Numbered from the stretch's first letter, positions 12,660 to 24,376 are shown. The stretch is DNA of 64,000 nt from Scyliorhinus canicula (GCF_902713615.1 NC_052161.1:2252892-2316891), one strand, 5' to 3'. Notes: a model not told the origin generated them from the letters alone. Numbers and translations are program-made.

Positions 12660-13569
12660 CTCGCCATGCAGTGCCCCAGGAGGCCATGCCAACTCGCAGT
12701 GCCCCACTCACCATGCCAGCTCAGCGCCCCACTCACCATGCCAGCTGTGCCCCACTCAATGCCAGCTGTGCCCCACTCACAATGCCAGCTCTGTGCCCCA
12801 CTCACCATGCCAGCTCAGCGCCCCACTCACCATGCCAGCTCAGCGCCCCACTCACCATGCCAGCTCAGCGCCCCACTCACCATGCCAGCTGTGCCCCCAC
12901 TCACCATGCCAGCTCAGCGCCCCACTCACCATGCCAGCTCAGTGCCCCACTCACCATGCCAGCTCTGTGCCCCACTCACCATGCCAGCTCTGTGCCCCAC
13001 TCACCATGCCAGCTCTGTGCCCCACTCACCATGCCAGCTCTGTGCCCCACTCACCATGCCAGCAGTGCCCCACTCACCATGCCAGCAGTGCCCCACTCAC
13101 CATGCCAGCTCTGTGCCCCACTCACCATGCCAGCTCGCAGCGCCCCAGGAGACAGTGCCCCACTCACCATGCCAGCTGTGCCCCACTCAATGCCAGCAGT
13201 GCCCCACTCACCATGCCAGCAGTGCCCCACTCACCATGCCAGCTCAGTGCCCCACTCACCATGCCAGCTCAGCGCCCCACTCACCATGCCAGCTGTGCCC
13301 CACTCACCATGCCAGCTGTGCCCCACTCACCATGCCAGCTGTGCCCCACTCACCATGCCAGCTGTGCCCCACTCACCATGCCAGCTGTGCCCCACTCAAT
13401 GCCAGCTGTGCCCCACTCAATGCCAGCTGTGCCCCACTCAATGCCAGCTGTGCCCCACTCAATGCCAGCTGTGCCCCACTCAATGCCAGCTGTGCCCCAC
13501 TCACCATGCCAGCTCGCAGTGCCCCAGGAGACAGTGCCCCACTCACAATGCCAGCTGTGCCCCACTCAC
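12660..13569 (-). repeat. 21-25-bp minisatellite made of the PDCD11 exon/donor junction
   Basis: unit AGCTGGCATG|GTGAGTGGGGC. Confidence 0.95.
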
Positions 13570-13731
13570 CATGCCAGCTCGCAGCGCCCCAGGAGACAGT
13601 GACTTGTTTACATCTTTCGGATTAATGGAGAGTTTCAAGCTGTGGTGGCTTGCTTTGGTCTTTCCGAGTTCAGAGACAGTGCACCGTACGACCATACCAG
13701 CACTGTACAGGTCTGAGAGAGCAGTCAGATC
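13570..13731 (-). CDS. PDCD11: PDCD11 exon (DLTALSDLYSAGMVVRC...LSINPKDVN...RAGM); most 5' exon visible
   Basis: 162 nt, cccag/GTGAGT, phase 0-0. Confidence 0.9.
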
Positions 13732-14495
13732 CTGGGTTTGGGTTCGAATAAAACGGAACAGGTCAATGAGCAGAAAGCAGCACAGACACAGAAACCAAAA
13801 CCTCAGCAGCATTTACAAAACTCAAGCAGAAATTCCCCTCCCCCCATTACCTCTACTGACCTGCCTGAGACCCGTTCTCTCTGTGAGGCAGCTGGGGAAT
13901 ATACAGCCCCTACTGCCGCTGTTTACAAGGCTGCAGCTTAAATCACATTTAGCCACCTGGCTGTGTCACAGTAACTGTCACTGGGTACTCACCAGTTTAC
14001 AATCATCACTTGTGTTTTACACACCCTTTATTAACCTTCCTTCACAACCAAAATGTTTTCTGCCGGCTTAAAAGTAGAATTTGCTGCACTGGCTCAGGAT
14101 AACCTTCTCTGTCACAAATTGGTGTGTAGCATCTTCTCGATATCTACCCCATTGAACCTTTTCATAGTTTAAAAACTCTCCAACAATTCACCACTCCACT
14201 TTCTCAATAGTTGAGGAAAGATGCCCAGTTGGTTCAGTCTTTCCTGACAATCTTGCTGAGCTGGCCCAGTTTTGAAGCTAATTCTAGAGGACGGTTTGAA
14301 AATCTCACTCTGAGCAGCTCTGATTAGTTGCTGATTTGTTTAGTGTTGATGTCAGGCAGATTGTTGTGGCTTCACCTCAGTGTGCACACTGGTGGGATGT
14401 TCACATGGTGGAGAATGTAGTGAGAGGAGAACACGCTGATTAACAAACACCTTTCCAGGCAGTTAACACAGAGTTAACCACCACGGTGCAAACAA

Positions 14496-14858
14496 GGGCG
14501 GCACAGTGGTTAACACCGCAGCCTCACAGCTCCAGGGTTCAATTCTAGCCTGTCTGTATGGAGTTTCTCCCCGTGCCTGCGTGGGTTTCCTCCGGGTGCT
14601 CTGGTTACTTCCCACAGTCCAAAGATGTGCAAGTTTATGGATTGGCCATGATAAATTGCCCTTAGTGTCCAGCTGTGGAGCTGGTTTAGCACACTGGGCT
14701 AAACAGCTGGCTTGTAATGCAGAACAAGGCCAGCAGCGTGAATTCAATTCCCGTACCGGCCTCCCCAAACAGGCATCGGAATGTGGCGACTAGGGGCTTT
14801 TCACAGTAACTTCATTGCAGTGTTAATGTAAGCCTGTGACAATAATAAAGATTATTAT
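14496..14858 (+). mobile_element. V-SINE followed by a second SINE type (GCTGGTTTAGCAC head)
   Basis: two tRNA-like heads in tandem. Confidence 0.75.
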
Positions 14859-15109
14859 GAACCATAGAAATGATACAGCACAGGAGGCTATTCGGCCCAT
14901 CATGTCCATGCCAGCCTGAGGTCACCCAGATGCCCTTTCTAATCCCACCTTCCCGATCCATAGCCCTGCAGCTGACAGCCTTTACGGTGCAGATCCAGGT
15001 ACTTTTAAAGAGTTTAGGGCCTCTGCCTCTGCCGTTTTTCCTCATATCCTCTCCAATTCTTCCACCAATCACCTTAAATCTATGTCCCCTGGAAATTGTC
15101 CTCTCGGCT

Positions 15110-15148
<39 letters not shown>

Positions 15149-15648
15149 NNNNNNNNNNNNNNNNNNNNNNNNNNNNNNNNNNNNNNNNNNNNNNNNNNNN
15201 NNNNNNNNNNNNNNNNNNNNNNNNNNNNNNNNNNNNNNNNNNNNNNNNNNNNNNNNNNNNNNNNNNNNNNNNNNNNNNNNNNNNNNNNNNNNNNNNNNNN
15301 NNNNNNNNNNNNNNNNNNNNNNNNNNNNNNNNNNNNNNNNNNNNNNNNNNNNNNNNNNNNNNNNNNNNNNNNNNNNNNNNNNNNNNNNNNNNNNNNNNNN
15401 NNNNNNNNNNNNNNNNNNNNNNNNNNNNNNNNNNNNNNNNNNNNNNNNNNNNNNNNNNNNNNNNNNNNNNNNNNNNNNNNNNNNNNNNNNNNNNNNNNNN
15501 NNNNNNNNNNNNNNNNNNNNNNNNNNNNNNNNNNNNNNNNNNNNNNNNNNNNNNNNNNNNNNNNNNNNNNNNNNNNNNNNNNNNNNNNNNNNNNNNNNNN
15601 NNNNNNNNNNNNNNNNNNNNNNNNNNNNNNNNNNNNNNNNNNNNNNNN
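15149..15648. other. Assembly gap (500 N) flanked by poly-G/G-rich sequence
   Basis: run of N. Confidence 1.
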
Positions 15649-16004
15649 GGGGGCTGGGCAGTGAAGGGTAGGGGGGGTGTGGGTGGTGAAGGGTGGGGGG
15701 GTTGGCGGTGAAGGGTAGGGGGTGTGGGGCTTAAAGGGTTGGGGTTGAAGGGTAGGGGGGGGGGGGTGTCTGAGGATCAGTTAAGTATTGACATGGCTGC
15801 GGGGTCCATGCTCCGCTCCCCGAATTGCCCCATAACCTGGCCATTCGCTTTGGCAGCTTTCCAGTTCTAACCAGGTTTCCAAGTCATCTCTGATTGCCAA
15901 GAGGCTGGTTTCTTTGTCCGTGTGTGTCTTCAGACCATGAAAGCAGTTTCAGGATGTGTTGTAAATTGTTCTGTTTCCCTCTGCAGTTTGTGTGAGGAGT
16001 GAGA

Positions 16005-16091
16005 ATGGCGGGTCATGATGCTGGCAGTCAGCATCAGTTCACTGGCTTCCAAAAGTATTTCAATGCCTACACCATCACAGGGAGGAGGAAC
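16005..16091 (+). CDS. ATP5MK: ATP synthase subunit DAPIT/USMG5, coding exon 1 (MAGHDAGSQHQFTGFQKYFNAYTITGRRN)
   Basis: acceptor at 15985-15986, ATG at 16005, GTAAGT donor; QFTG..KYFN.YT.TGR.N motif; TAF5-ATP5MK-PDCD11 order as in mammals. Confidence 0.92.
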
Positions 16092-17314
16092 GTAAGTACC
16101 AATAACAGAAACATTGGTGTAAAAGTGCAGAATTCTCTGAAATAACTTAATTACTTATCAATCTGAAGTAGATTTTAGTTAGCCAAGGATATTAGGTGAT
16201 TTTAAGGCGAGGTGGGGTGGAAGGAGGTTGGGTAAGATCAGCCACAATTTCATTGACTAGCGTTGTGAGAAAACTTTGAGGGGCAATATTCCTTGTATTT
16301 CCTTAGCAGTTGACCGCCTCGTTGGGGCAGCCCAAAATGTTTCTCCAAATAATAATATCGTAGCCACTGTTGGCAAAATGCCTTCACTGCTCTTGGTTTA
16401 CTTTATATTTCTCAGAGCGCCAATGTGTACAGGGAGCTCCTATAAACTGCAATGACTATATTAGACAAATTCAGTGATGGGGAAGGTGAGCAGTGTGAAA
16501 TTTCCACTTTTATGAAAAATAGAATTTATTTTCAAGTTGAGAGGCAAGTAAATCACAAACTTTAGATGGTGGTACAGTAAGAAATTAAGAAGGCATATGT
16601 TGTCCTTTATTGCAAGGGTGTTGGTGTATGAGAGTAAGGAAATCTTGCTGTAATAATATCAAACCATAGAATCCCTACAATGCCGGAGGTAATTCGGCCC
16701 ATTGAGTCTGAACCAACCCTGTGAAAGAGCCTCTACCCAGGTCCAAGTTTCCACTCTATCCCTGTAACCCCATAACCATTAGGAGCAATTTAGCATTGCC
16801 AATCCACCTAACCTGCAAATCTTTAGACTCTCGGAGGAAACCGACACAGACACGGGGAGGAAGTGTAAACTCCACGCAGTCTCCCAAGGCTGGAATTGAA
16901 CCTGGGTCCCTGTTGAGGGACAGAGCTAACCGTCATGCCCCTTAGGGTGTACATAGCGCATATCTGATACTATAGGTGGAATACACTATACAGTTTTGGT
17001 TTCCTTACCTCAAGATATAGTTGACTTGGTGGGGGTTAAAGGCAGGTCTGATTTCTGCGGCAAGGGGGTTATCCTTTGGCACCCCCTGTACTTCCAATGT
17101 GGAAAACGCTTGGAGGGTTTACCAGGATAGCTCCGGAGGAGTTCTACTGACTGGAGATTCTAGAACTAGAGGCCAGAGTCCTGAGAAAGAGGTCAGTTAT
17201 TCAGGGTGGGGATGAAAATTGTGAACCATTGGCATTTTCTGTGAACTAATACTCAGTCATTGAGTGTTCAAGACAGAGGCATAAATCTCTGCACATGAAT
17301 GGATATGGGTGGAC

Positions 17315-17500
17315 CAAGCATGGTGACACAGTGGTTAGCACTGCTGCCTCACGGCGCCAAGGGCCTGGGTTCGATCCTGGCTCTGGGTCACTGTCTGGGG
17401 GGAGTTTGCACATTCTCCCCGCGTCTGCGTGGGTCACACCCCCCACAACTCCAAAAAGATATGCAGGGTAGGTGGATTGGCCACGCTAAATTGCTCCTTT
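17315..17500 (+). mobile_element. V-SINE (a decayed minus copy also at about 16665-16942)
   Basis: head/core similarity. Confidence 0.75.
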
Positions 17501-17706
17501 AAAAACAAGCATGGATATGGGGGGGGGGAAACAGAATTGAGGTAACACAGCTACCTCAATCTTACTAGATTTAAGGGGCTACATGGTGAATGTTTGTTCT
17601 AAAAAGCCTCATTCTTTCATTCAGTAGAATGCAGGTCCATTCTAGTTTATCTGTTCTCTCCTTCTTGGAGCTGGTTACGATTAACAAATGCTCTCCCTGT
17701 TCACAG

Positions 17707-17805
17707 TATGTGATAGCTACATATTCAACAATTGCAGTGATTTGTTTGTTCTTCAAAATGAGATCCAAGAAGAAGGCACCAGCAGCAATCACAGAAAATA
17801 AATGA
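17707..17805 (+). CDS. ATP5MK: ATP5MK coding exon 2 (YVIATYSTIAVICLFFKMRSKKKAPAAITENK*)
   Basis: tcacag acceptor, phase 0, TM segment plus basic tail; GTAAGG donor 6 nt after the stop. Confidence 0.9.
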   Translation, partial: YVIATYSTIAVICLFFKMRSKKKAPAAITENK

Positions 17806-17832
17806 CATGTGGTAAGGAATTCATTTTATTAC

Positions 17833-18528
17833 TCCGTGCTGTACCTGTCCTGGGAGTGTTTGATGGGGACAGTGTAGAGGGAGCTTTACTCTGTATCTAA
17901 CCCCGTCCTGTACATGTCCTGGGAGTGTTTGATGGGGACAGTGTAGAGGGAGCTTTACTCTGTATCTAAGCCCGTGCTGTACCTGTCCTGGGAGTGTTTG
18001 ATGGGGACAGTGTAGAGGGAGCTTTACTCTGTATCTAACCCGTGCTGTACCTGTCCTGGGAGTGTTTGATGGGGACAGTGTAGATGGAGCTTTACTCTGT
18101 ATCTAACCCCGTGCTGCACCTGTCCTGGGAGTGTTTGATGGAGACAGTGTAGAGGGAGCTTTACTCTGTATCTAACCCGTGCTGTACCTGTCCTGGGAGT
18201 GTTTGATGGGGACAGTGTCGAGGGAGCTTTACTCTGTATCTAACCCCGTGCTGTACCTGTCCTGGGAGTGTTTGATGGGGACAGTGTAGAGGGAGCTTTA
18301 CTCTGTATCTAACCCCGTGCTGTACCTGTCCTGGGAGTGTTTGATGGGGACAGTGTAGAGGGAGCTTTACTCTGTATCTAACCCCGTGCTGTACCTGTCC
18401 TGGGAGTGTTTGATGGGGACAGTGTAGAGGGAGCTTTACTCTGTATCTAACCCCGTGCTGTACCTGTCCTGGGAGTGTTTGATGGGGACAGTGTTGAGGG
18501 AGCTTTACTCTGTATCTAACCCCGTGCT
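17833..18528 (+). repeat. 69-bp satellite array 2 (about 10 units)
   Basis: same unit. Confidence 0.97.
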
Positions 18529-18697
18529 TCATAATGACTCTGAACATTAGGGTGTGTTTAATTCCTAAAGTTGTCCTTCACTTCAGTTAGGAAAGGATTG
18601 TTGCCAGTTTTGTCAAACACAGCTGGTTTGATTTTGAATTTTTGAACTGTGCTATGATATGTGTATATGATTCCATCTCTTTGATTCTTCATTTTAG

Positions 18698-18845
18698 GTT
18701 CTCCTCTGGGGCAGGGCAAGTGGAATTTAAGGATCAGCATGTGAAATCTGTGTGAATGTTTGAAACTTCTGCAATCGTGTCACTATAATGGTGTATTTTA
18801 AGTTATCAGTCTTCACAAATAAAACTCGTGGGAAGCCATGTGCTG
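18698..18845 (+). other. ATP5MK: Probable ATP5MK non-coding last exon with AATAAA (18818-18823)
   Basis: ttcttcattttag acceptor followed by a polyA signal and GT-rich downstream sequence; 3' end approximate. Confidence 0.6.
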
Positions 18846-19036
18846 TTTATTTTTGCGTGGAAATGGTTTTGTGGTTGGAGCAGGTATCCTAGGGCATTTG
18901 GGGGGGGGGGGGGGGGGGGGTCGATCTAACCAGTGCTCTGCTCTCACAATCAGAATTGAGACTCTTCCTCGAGCACATTTCCATCGGCCTCTCTCAGCGT
19001 GAGTGTGTTCGCACATATCAGAATTCTCGCCAACCC

Positions 19037-19272
19037 GGGCAGCAGGGTGGCGCAGTGGGTTAGCACTGGTGCCTCACAGCGCCTCGATCCCGGCTCTGGG
19101 TCACTGTCCGTGTGGAGTTTGCACATTCTCCCCATGTTTGCGTGGGTTTCGCCCCCACAACCCAAAGATGTGCTGGGGAGGTGGATTGGCCACGCTAAAT
19201 TGCCCCTTCATTGGGAAAATGAATTGGGTACTCTAAATTTCAGGGGGAAAAAAATGATTTAAAAAAAAAAAA
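19037..19272 (+). mobile_element. V-SINE, short-tail type
   Basis: head/core, poly-A end. Confidence 0.8.
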
Positions 19273-20210
19273 ATTCTCTCCGCCCAATAATTGCCATGTG
19301 TTCTTGAACATAAATTGCAGGCACAGCTGTTGCACTCCCACCAGAACTTGCTGCCCATTGTCTGGCCTGTGACTCAATCAGAAAAGGAGTTGATGCATGT
19401 GGTCTGAAGAACACTGGCTAACATCATGCGATCAACCTCCTGAAAAGCCACACCCACGTTGAAGCCTATGCTCTCGCTAATTGTGTTAAGCACAATTTCC
19501 AGCCAGACTGTACCTGGGTCCTGATAGAATGATTGTATTACACAGAGACCAACCGATGGGGATGGCCATTATTACAAGGTCACTTGACTTGGATTCAACA
19601 ATTATTTGAGGGCACTTCAGGAGGAGGATAACCATTTTAAAATTAATGCGTTGCTCGACCTAGAGCCAATGCAACTCATCAAACCAGGATGGGAAGGAGG
19701 GCAGGCATCAGAATTTTATGGAGTACATGAGATGTGGGGCTAGCAAAGAGGACAGTGGCACTGTCCCCACACAAGCCTGGGGATCTCCTGACCAATACCA
19801 GATGCATAAGATGAAGTGCAGGTTAAATTTGGATGTTTCAAAGAACAGTACAGCAGAGGAACAGGCCCATCGGCCCTCCAAGCCTGTGCCGACCATGCTG
19901 CCCGTCTAAACTAAAATCTTCTGCACTTAGGGGTCCATTCCAGAAATTAACCTGACAACTGGTGTGAACAGTTAATAGAGCACAGACCAGTACGAATATA
20001 ATGGCTCCTATCTCTGGATGAAAAACCCTACCTTGGGTTTGACAGAAGTGTTTTTAAATCAGACACCAGCCTCCAGTTGCTCCGTGAGTGTTTGGTGGAG
20101 CAGTGAAGAGGAAACTGGTGCGAAAGGTTGTACCGATCACCTACAATTTGTGATGGGAATTTATTTTCCTGCTCCTGCAGAAAATATAGATCACAAACTA
20201 ATTTCAGGGT

Positions 20211-20216
20211 TTTATT
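20211..20216 (-). promoter_or_regulatory. TAF5: Candidate TAF5 polyadenylation signal AATAAA
   Basis: tttatt on plus, about 1.04 kb downstream of the stop. Confidence 0.5.
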
Positions 20217-20614
20217 CAAAACTTAAAAAAACAAGAATAACACCATTCACATTAATACAAAACATCCCAGAACGACAATATGTCGCAAATATGCTGCAGG
20301 CGATTCACCTTGAGGGAGGGGTCCCTCAGGTAAGTGACCTCGAGGAGGCGGGAGGGAATAGAGACTAAATTTTAAAAATGTCACGGATGCCGTGAAAATA
20401 TCTGCATCCCCTCCATTTTGAGATGGATGGTGGGGAATTAGGATGGGAACTAGCACGGTTCATCATCCTGGAATATGTCTGAATGTTGGGGTTGGGGGGG
20501 GGGGGAATGAAATGAAAATGGCTTGTCACGAGTAGGCTTCAATGAAGTTACTGTGAAAAGCCCCTAGTCACCACATTCCGGCGCCTGTCCGGGGAGGCTG
20601 GTACGGGAATGTGC

Positions 20615-21253
20615 CCATAACGGGGTTTATATGTGGGGGGGGAAAGGGGGAGAGAGACGTTGCAGAGGGTTATATGTGTGGGTGGGATGATGTTACAGCG
20701 GGTTACATGTGTGTGTGTGTGTGTGTGTGGGGGGGGGGGTGACGTTACGTGTGTGGGGGCTTGCGTTACAGCGGGTTGTGTGTGCGCGTGAGGGGGGTAA
20801 CGTTACAGCGGGTTGCATGTGTGTGTGCGGGGTTGGGGTAACGTTACGTGTGTGGAGGCTTACGTTACAGCGGGTTGTGTGCGCGCGTGAGGGGGGTGAC
20901 GTTACAGCGTGTGTGTGGGGGCTTACATTACAGCGGGTTGTGTGTGTTCGGGGGGGGTTGGGGTAACGTTACATGTGTGTGGGGGCTTACATTACAGCGG
21001 GTTGTGTGCGCGCGTGAGGGGGGTGACGTTACAGCGGGTTACATATGTTCGGGGAGGTGATGTTGCAGCAGGTTATATGTGCGGGGTTGGGGTAACGTCA
21101 CAGCGGGTTAGATGTGTGCTGGGGGGTGGGGTTGACGTCACAGCGGGTTAGATGTGTGCTGGGGGGTGGGGTTGACGTCACAGCGGGTTAGATGTGTGCT
21201 GGGGGGTGGGGTTGACGTCACAGCGGGTTTTGTGTGCACGCAGGGCGGTAACG
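20615..21253 (-). repeat. Degenerate ~40-bp minisatellite in the TAF5 3'UTR built on the stop-codon sequence
   Basis: core AACCCGCTG(TGA/TAA)CGT repeated. Confidence 0.85.
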
Positions 21254-21471
21254 TCACAGCGGGTTATATGCACCCGCAGCCAGCAGTAGATTGCGACGGG
21301 TGAAGTGCAGGCCAATGACTGGCGTGGATTTAGTCATGTAGGAGCCTAGTAACAGCTCCTGAGAGTTGTCGGGCAAGTTGATGTGGCCAGTGGCAGTGCT
21401 GAAATCGTCCGTCTCCAGGTCCTCAAAGGCTTTGACCGTGTCCCACATTTTCACCGTGTGATCCATAGAAC
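21254..21471 (-). CDS. TAF5: TAF5 coding exon 10 (last; SMDHTVKMWD...LLLAAGAYNPL*)
   Basis: WD40 C-terminus, TGA at 21256-21254. Confidence 0.95.
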
Positions 21472-22182
21472 CTGAAACACAGCAATTCAGCACAGTGAAG
21501 ACAGTTTTACAGCTGGGAACTTCCGAGACTGCTCCCAGTGTTACTTTACTGTACGAAAGCCACCAGTAACACCAGTAGAGGGGATTTCCCAACTGACATT
21601 GTCCTATTAATTCCCGTGCTTGGGGTAAATGTCCCGAATGAGGCAGGACTGGTGCATACGAGACAAGAAACGCTAGGAGTCAACTCTCGCACCTTGCTGC
21701 ACAGGAAATAAAACTGCAGGAATGGTGTTGAAATAACTACAGGTGAAGCCGCGGGAAGACAGGGTCAACTGCAGAGCAGCAATCGACAACTCTGGACATT
21801 GAACTGGGCAGCTAAAAGCTGGTTAGAGGGCAGTGTACTGCATATGCGACTGCATTAATAATCCACATTCAAACCCCATTAATTGGTTTCTGTGAAGCTG
21901 TCAGATTATCATAAAAATAAGTGATTCACCAATGCCCTTTTGGGCAGGAAACGCTCCTTACCCAGTCTCGGCTCCAGTCTGTGGTTCCAGTCCCACAACA
22001 TGGTTGAATCTTAACTACCCTCTGAAAGGACCAGTTTGCATTAAATCAATACCAACAGTTGAAGAAAGATTCTCACTAGCTTCTCAGAGTGATGAGGGGG
22101 TGAGTATTCATCAGCCATGCCAGCAAAGAGAAATACAGAAACATCTGCCCTTCACGCACCCCATAAAAACACTCAATCTCAC

Positions 22183-22360
22183 CTGAGGCTAAAATCTCGC
22201 CATCTCGGCTGAACTTTAGTGCGTAGACCGTGTCGGTGTGACCTTTCAATTCGCCCACCAGTAACCCGTGCCCAATGTCCCACAGCAGGATGCGGCCGTC
22301 TGTTGCCCCAGACGCCAGGTACCTGCCATTTGGAGAGAACACCAACGAATGTATCGGGCC
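22183..22360 (-). CDS. TAF5: TAF5 exon 9 (WD40; GPIHSLVFSPNGRYLASG...)
   Basis: 178 nt, AG/GT, phase 0-1. Confidence 0.95.
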
Positions 22361-22462
22361 CTGGGAAGAACACGAAAGGGACATTAATGAGTGGGCCTGT
22401 TTGAGTGGGAATATGGGGACAGTGTGGGACTCAGCAACAGCCACTCACACACGGCTACATAC

Positions 22463-22640
22463 CTTGTGTCCTGTAAGGATCCTAACACAGTTGCCATTCA
22501 GCACGTCCCAGAGCCGGATGGTCCTGTCTGCAGACCCGGTCACCACGTAATTCGAGTTGGGATGAAATCTTGTGCAGGTGACATCAGAGAGGTGACCTGA
22601 GAATATTCGCAAGGGCTGGTAGTGGTCAGTCACCCAAAGC
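22463..22640 (-). CDS. TAF5: TAF5 exon 8 (WD40; LWVTDHYQPLRIF...TGHK)
   Basis: 178 nt, phase 2-0. Confidence 0.95.
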
Positions 22641-22842
22641 CTGAGTAATGTAAGGTCCCAAATTGTTAACAAATACATCATAGTAACTCTCCACCCACTA
22701 TGTTCCTGGCCCCAGGGAGAGACAGTCCAGCTTCATTAAAGTCTATCTGTACAAAGTTCAGTACCGATTGTCAAAATGCAGATGTTTTAGAAAAGCTCAG
22801 ACAAACGTGGTCGGGCACATTCAGTGATATGAAGAAAGACTC

Positions 22843-23732
22843 AGGGTCTGTACGTACTGCAGGGCCTGTACGTACTGCAGGGTCTGTACGTACTGCAGGG
22901 TCTGTACGTACTGCAGGGCCTGTACGTACTGCAGGGCCTGTACGTACTGCAGGGCCTGTACGTACTGCAGGGTCTGTACGTACTGCAGGGCCTGTACGTA
23001 CTGCAGGGTCTGTACGTACTGCAGGGCCTGTACGTACTGCAGGGCCTGTACGTACTGCAGGGCCTGTACGTACTGCACGGTCTGTACGTACTGCAGGGTC
23101 TGTACGTACTGCAGGGCCTGTACGTACTGCAGGGTCTGTACGTACTGCAGGGTCTGTACGTACTGCAGGGCCTGTACGTACTGCAGGGTTCTGTACGTAA
23201 TGCAGGGTCTGTACGTACTGCAGGGCCTGTACGTACTGCAGGGTCTGTACGTACTGCAGGGTCTGTACGTACTGCAGGGCCTGTACGTACTGCAGGGTCT
23301 GTACGTACTGCAGGGTTCTGTACGTACTGCAGGGTCTGTACGTACTGCAGGGTCTGTACGTACTGCAGGGTTCTGTACGTACTGCAGGGTCTGTACGTAC
23401 TGCAGGGTCTGTACGTACTGCAGGGCCTGTACGTACTGCAGGGTCTGTACGTACTGCAGGGCCTGTACGTACTGCAGGGTCTGTACGTACTGCAGGGCCT
23501 GTACGTACTGCAGGGCCTGTACGTACTGCAGGGCCTGTACGTACTGCAGGGCCTGTACGTACTGCAGGGCCTGTACGTACTGCAGGGTCTGTACGTACTG
23601 CAGGGCCTGTACGTACTGCAGGGCCTGTACGTACTGCAGGGCCTGTACGTACTGCAGGGCCTGTACGTACTGCAGGGTCTGTACGTACTGCAGGGTTCTG
23701 TACGTACTGCAGGGTCTGTACGTACTGCAGGG
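22843..23732. repeat. 18-bp minisatellite (tctgtacgtactgcaggg)n, about 49 units
   Basis: direct tandem repeat. Confidence 0.97.
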
Positions 23733-23832
23733 TATCAGGAGGGTGGAAGTGAAGAAGATATTTCACCAAGATATGGAGTCCATTCATATCAATGTAGTCA
23801 TTGAAATGGAAAAATGAAGCTGAATTGCTGAG

Positions 23833-24211
23833 TCACAACCCCACACTCACCCTGCCACTCGATCGTGACCCCACATTCGCACATTCACCCGTGCCACTCG
23901 ATTGTGACCCCACATTCACACACTTACTTTGCCACTAGATCATGACCCCACATTCGCACATTCACCGTGCCACTCGATTGTGACCCCACATTCGCACACT
24001 CGCCGTGCCACTCGATTGTGACCCCACATTCATACACTTACTTTGCCACTATTGTGACCCCACTCACGCACTCTGCCACTCGATCGTGACCCCACATTCG
24101 CACTCACCATGCCACTCGATCGTGACCCCACATTCGCACACTCACCGTGCTACTCGATTGTGAGCCCACTCACTCTGCCACTCGATCGTGACCCCACATT
24201 TGCAAACTCAC
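23833..24211 (-). repeat. ~38-bp minisatellite made of the TAF5 exon 7/donor junction
   Basis: unit GGTCACGATCGAGTGGCACG|GTGAGT... Confidence 0.92.
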
Positions 24212-24376
24212 CGTGCCACTCGATCGTGACCTCCTGAAATGAAGTAGTAGCCGTACGGAGAAAACTGTGTATCCCACACTGGGTAGTTATGTCCTTTGTA
24301 GCCGACGAGGCAGGTGAAGGTCTGCAGACTCCAGAGTCTCACTGTGCCATCCTCTGAGCTGGACAGCAGATAATTT
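24212..24376 (-). CDS. TAF5: TAF5 exon 7 (NYLLSSSEDGTVRLWSL...GGHDRVAR); not in ORF track
   Basis: 165 nt, phase 2-2, GTGAGT donor. Confidence 0.93.

Noticed and set aside
13732-15110. Further PDCD11 exons or intronic snoRNAs
   Set aside because: No frame with RRP5 similarity and no convincing box C/D or H/ACA arrangement seen by eye.
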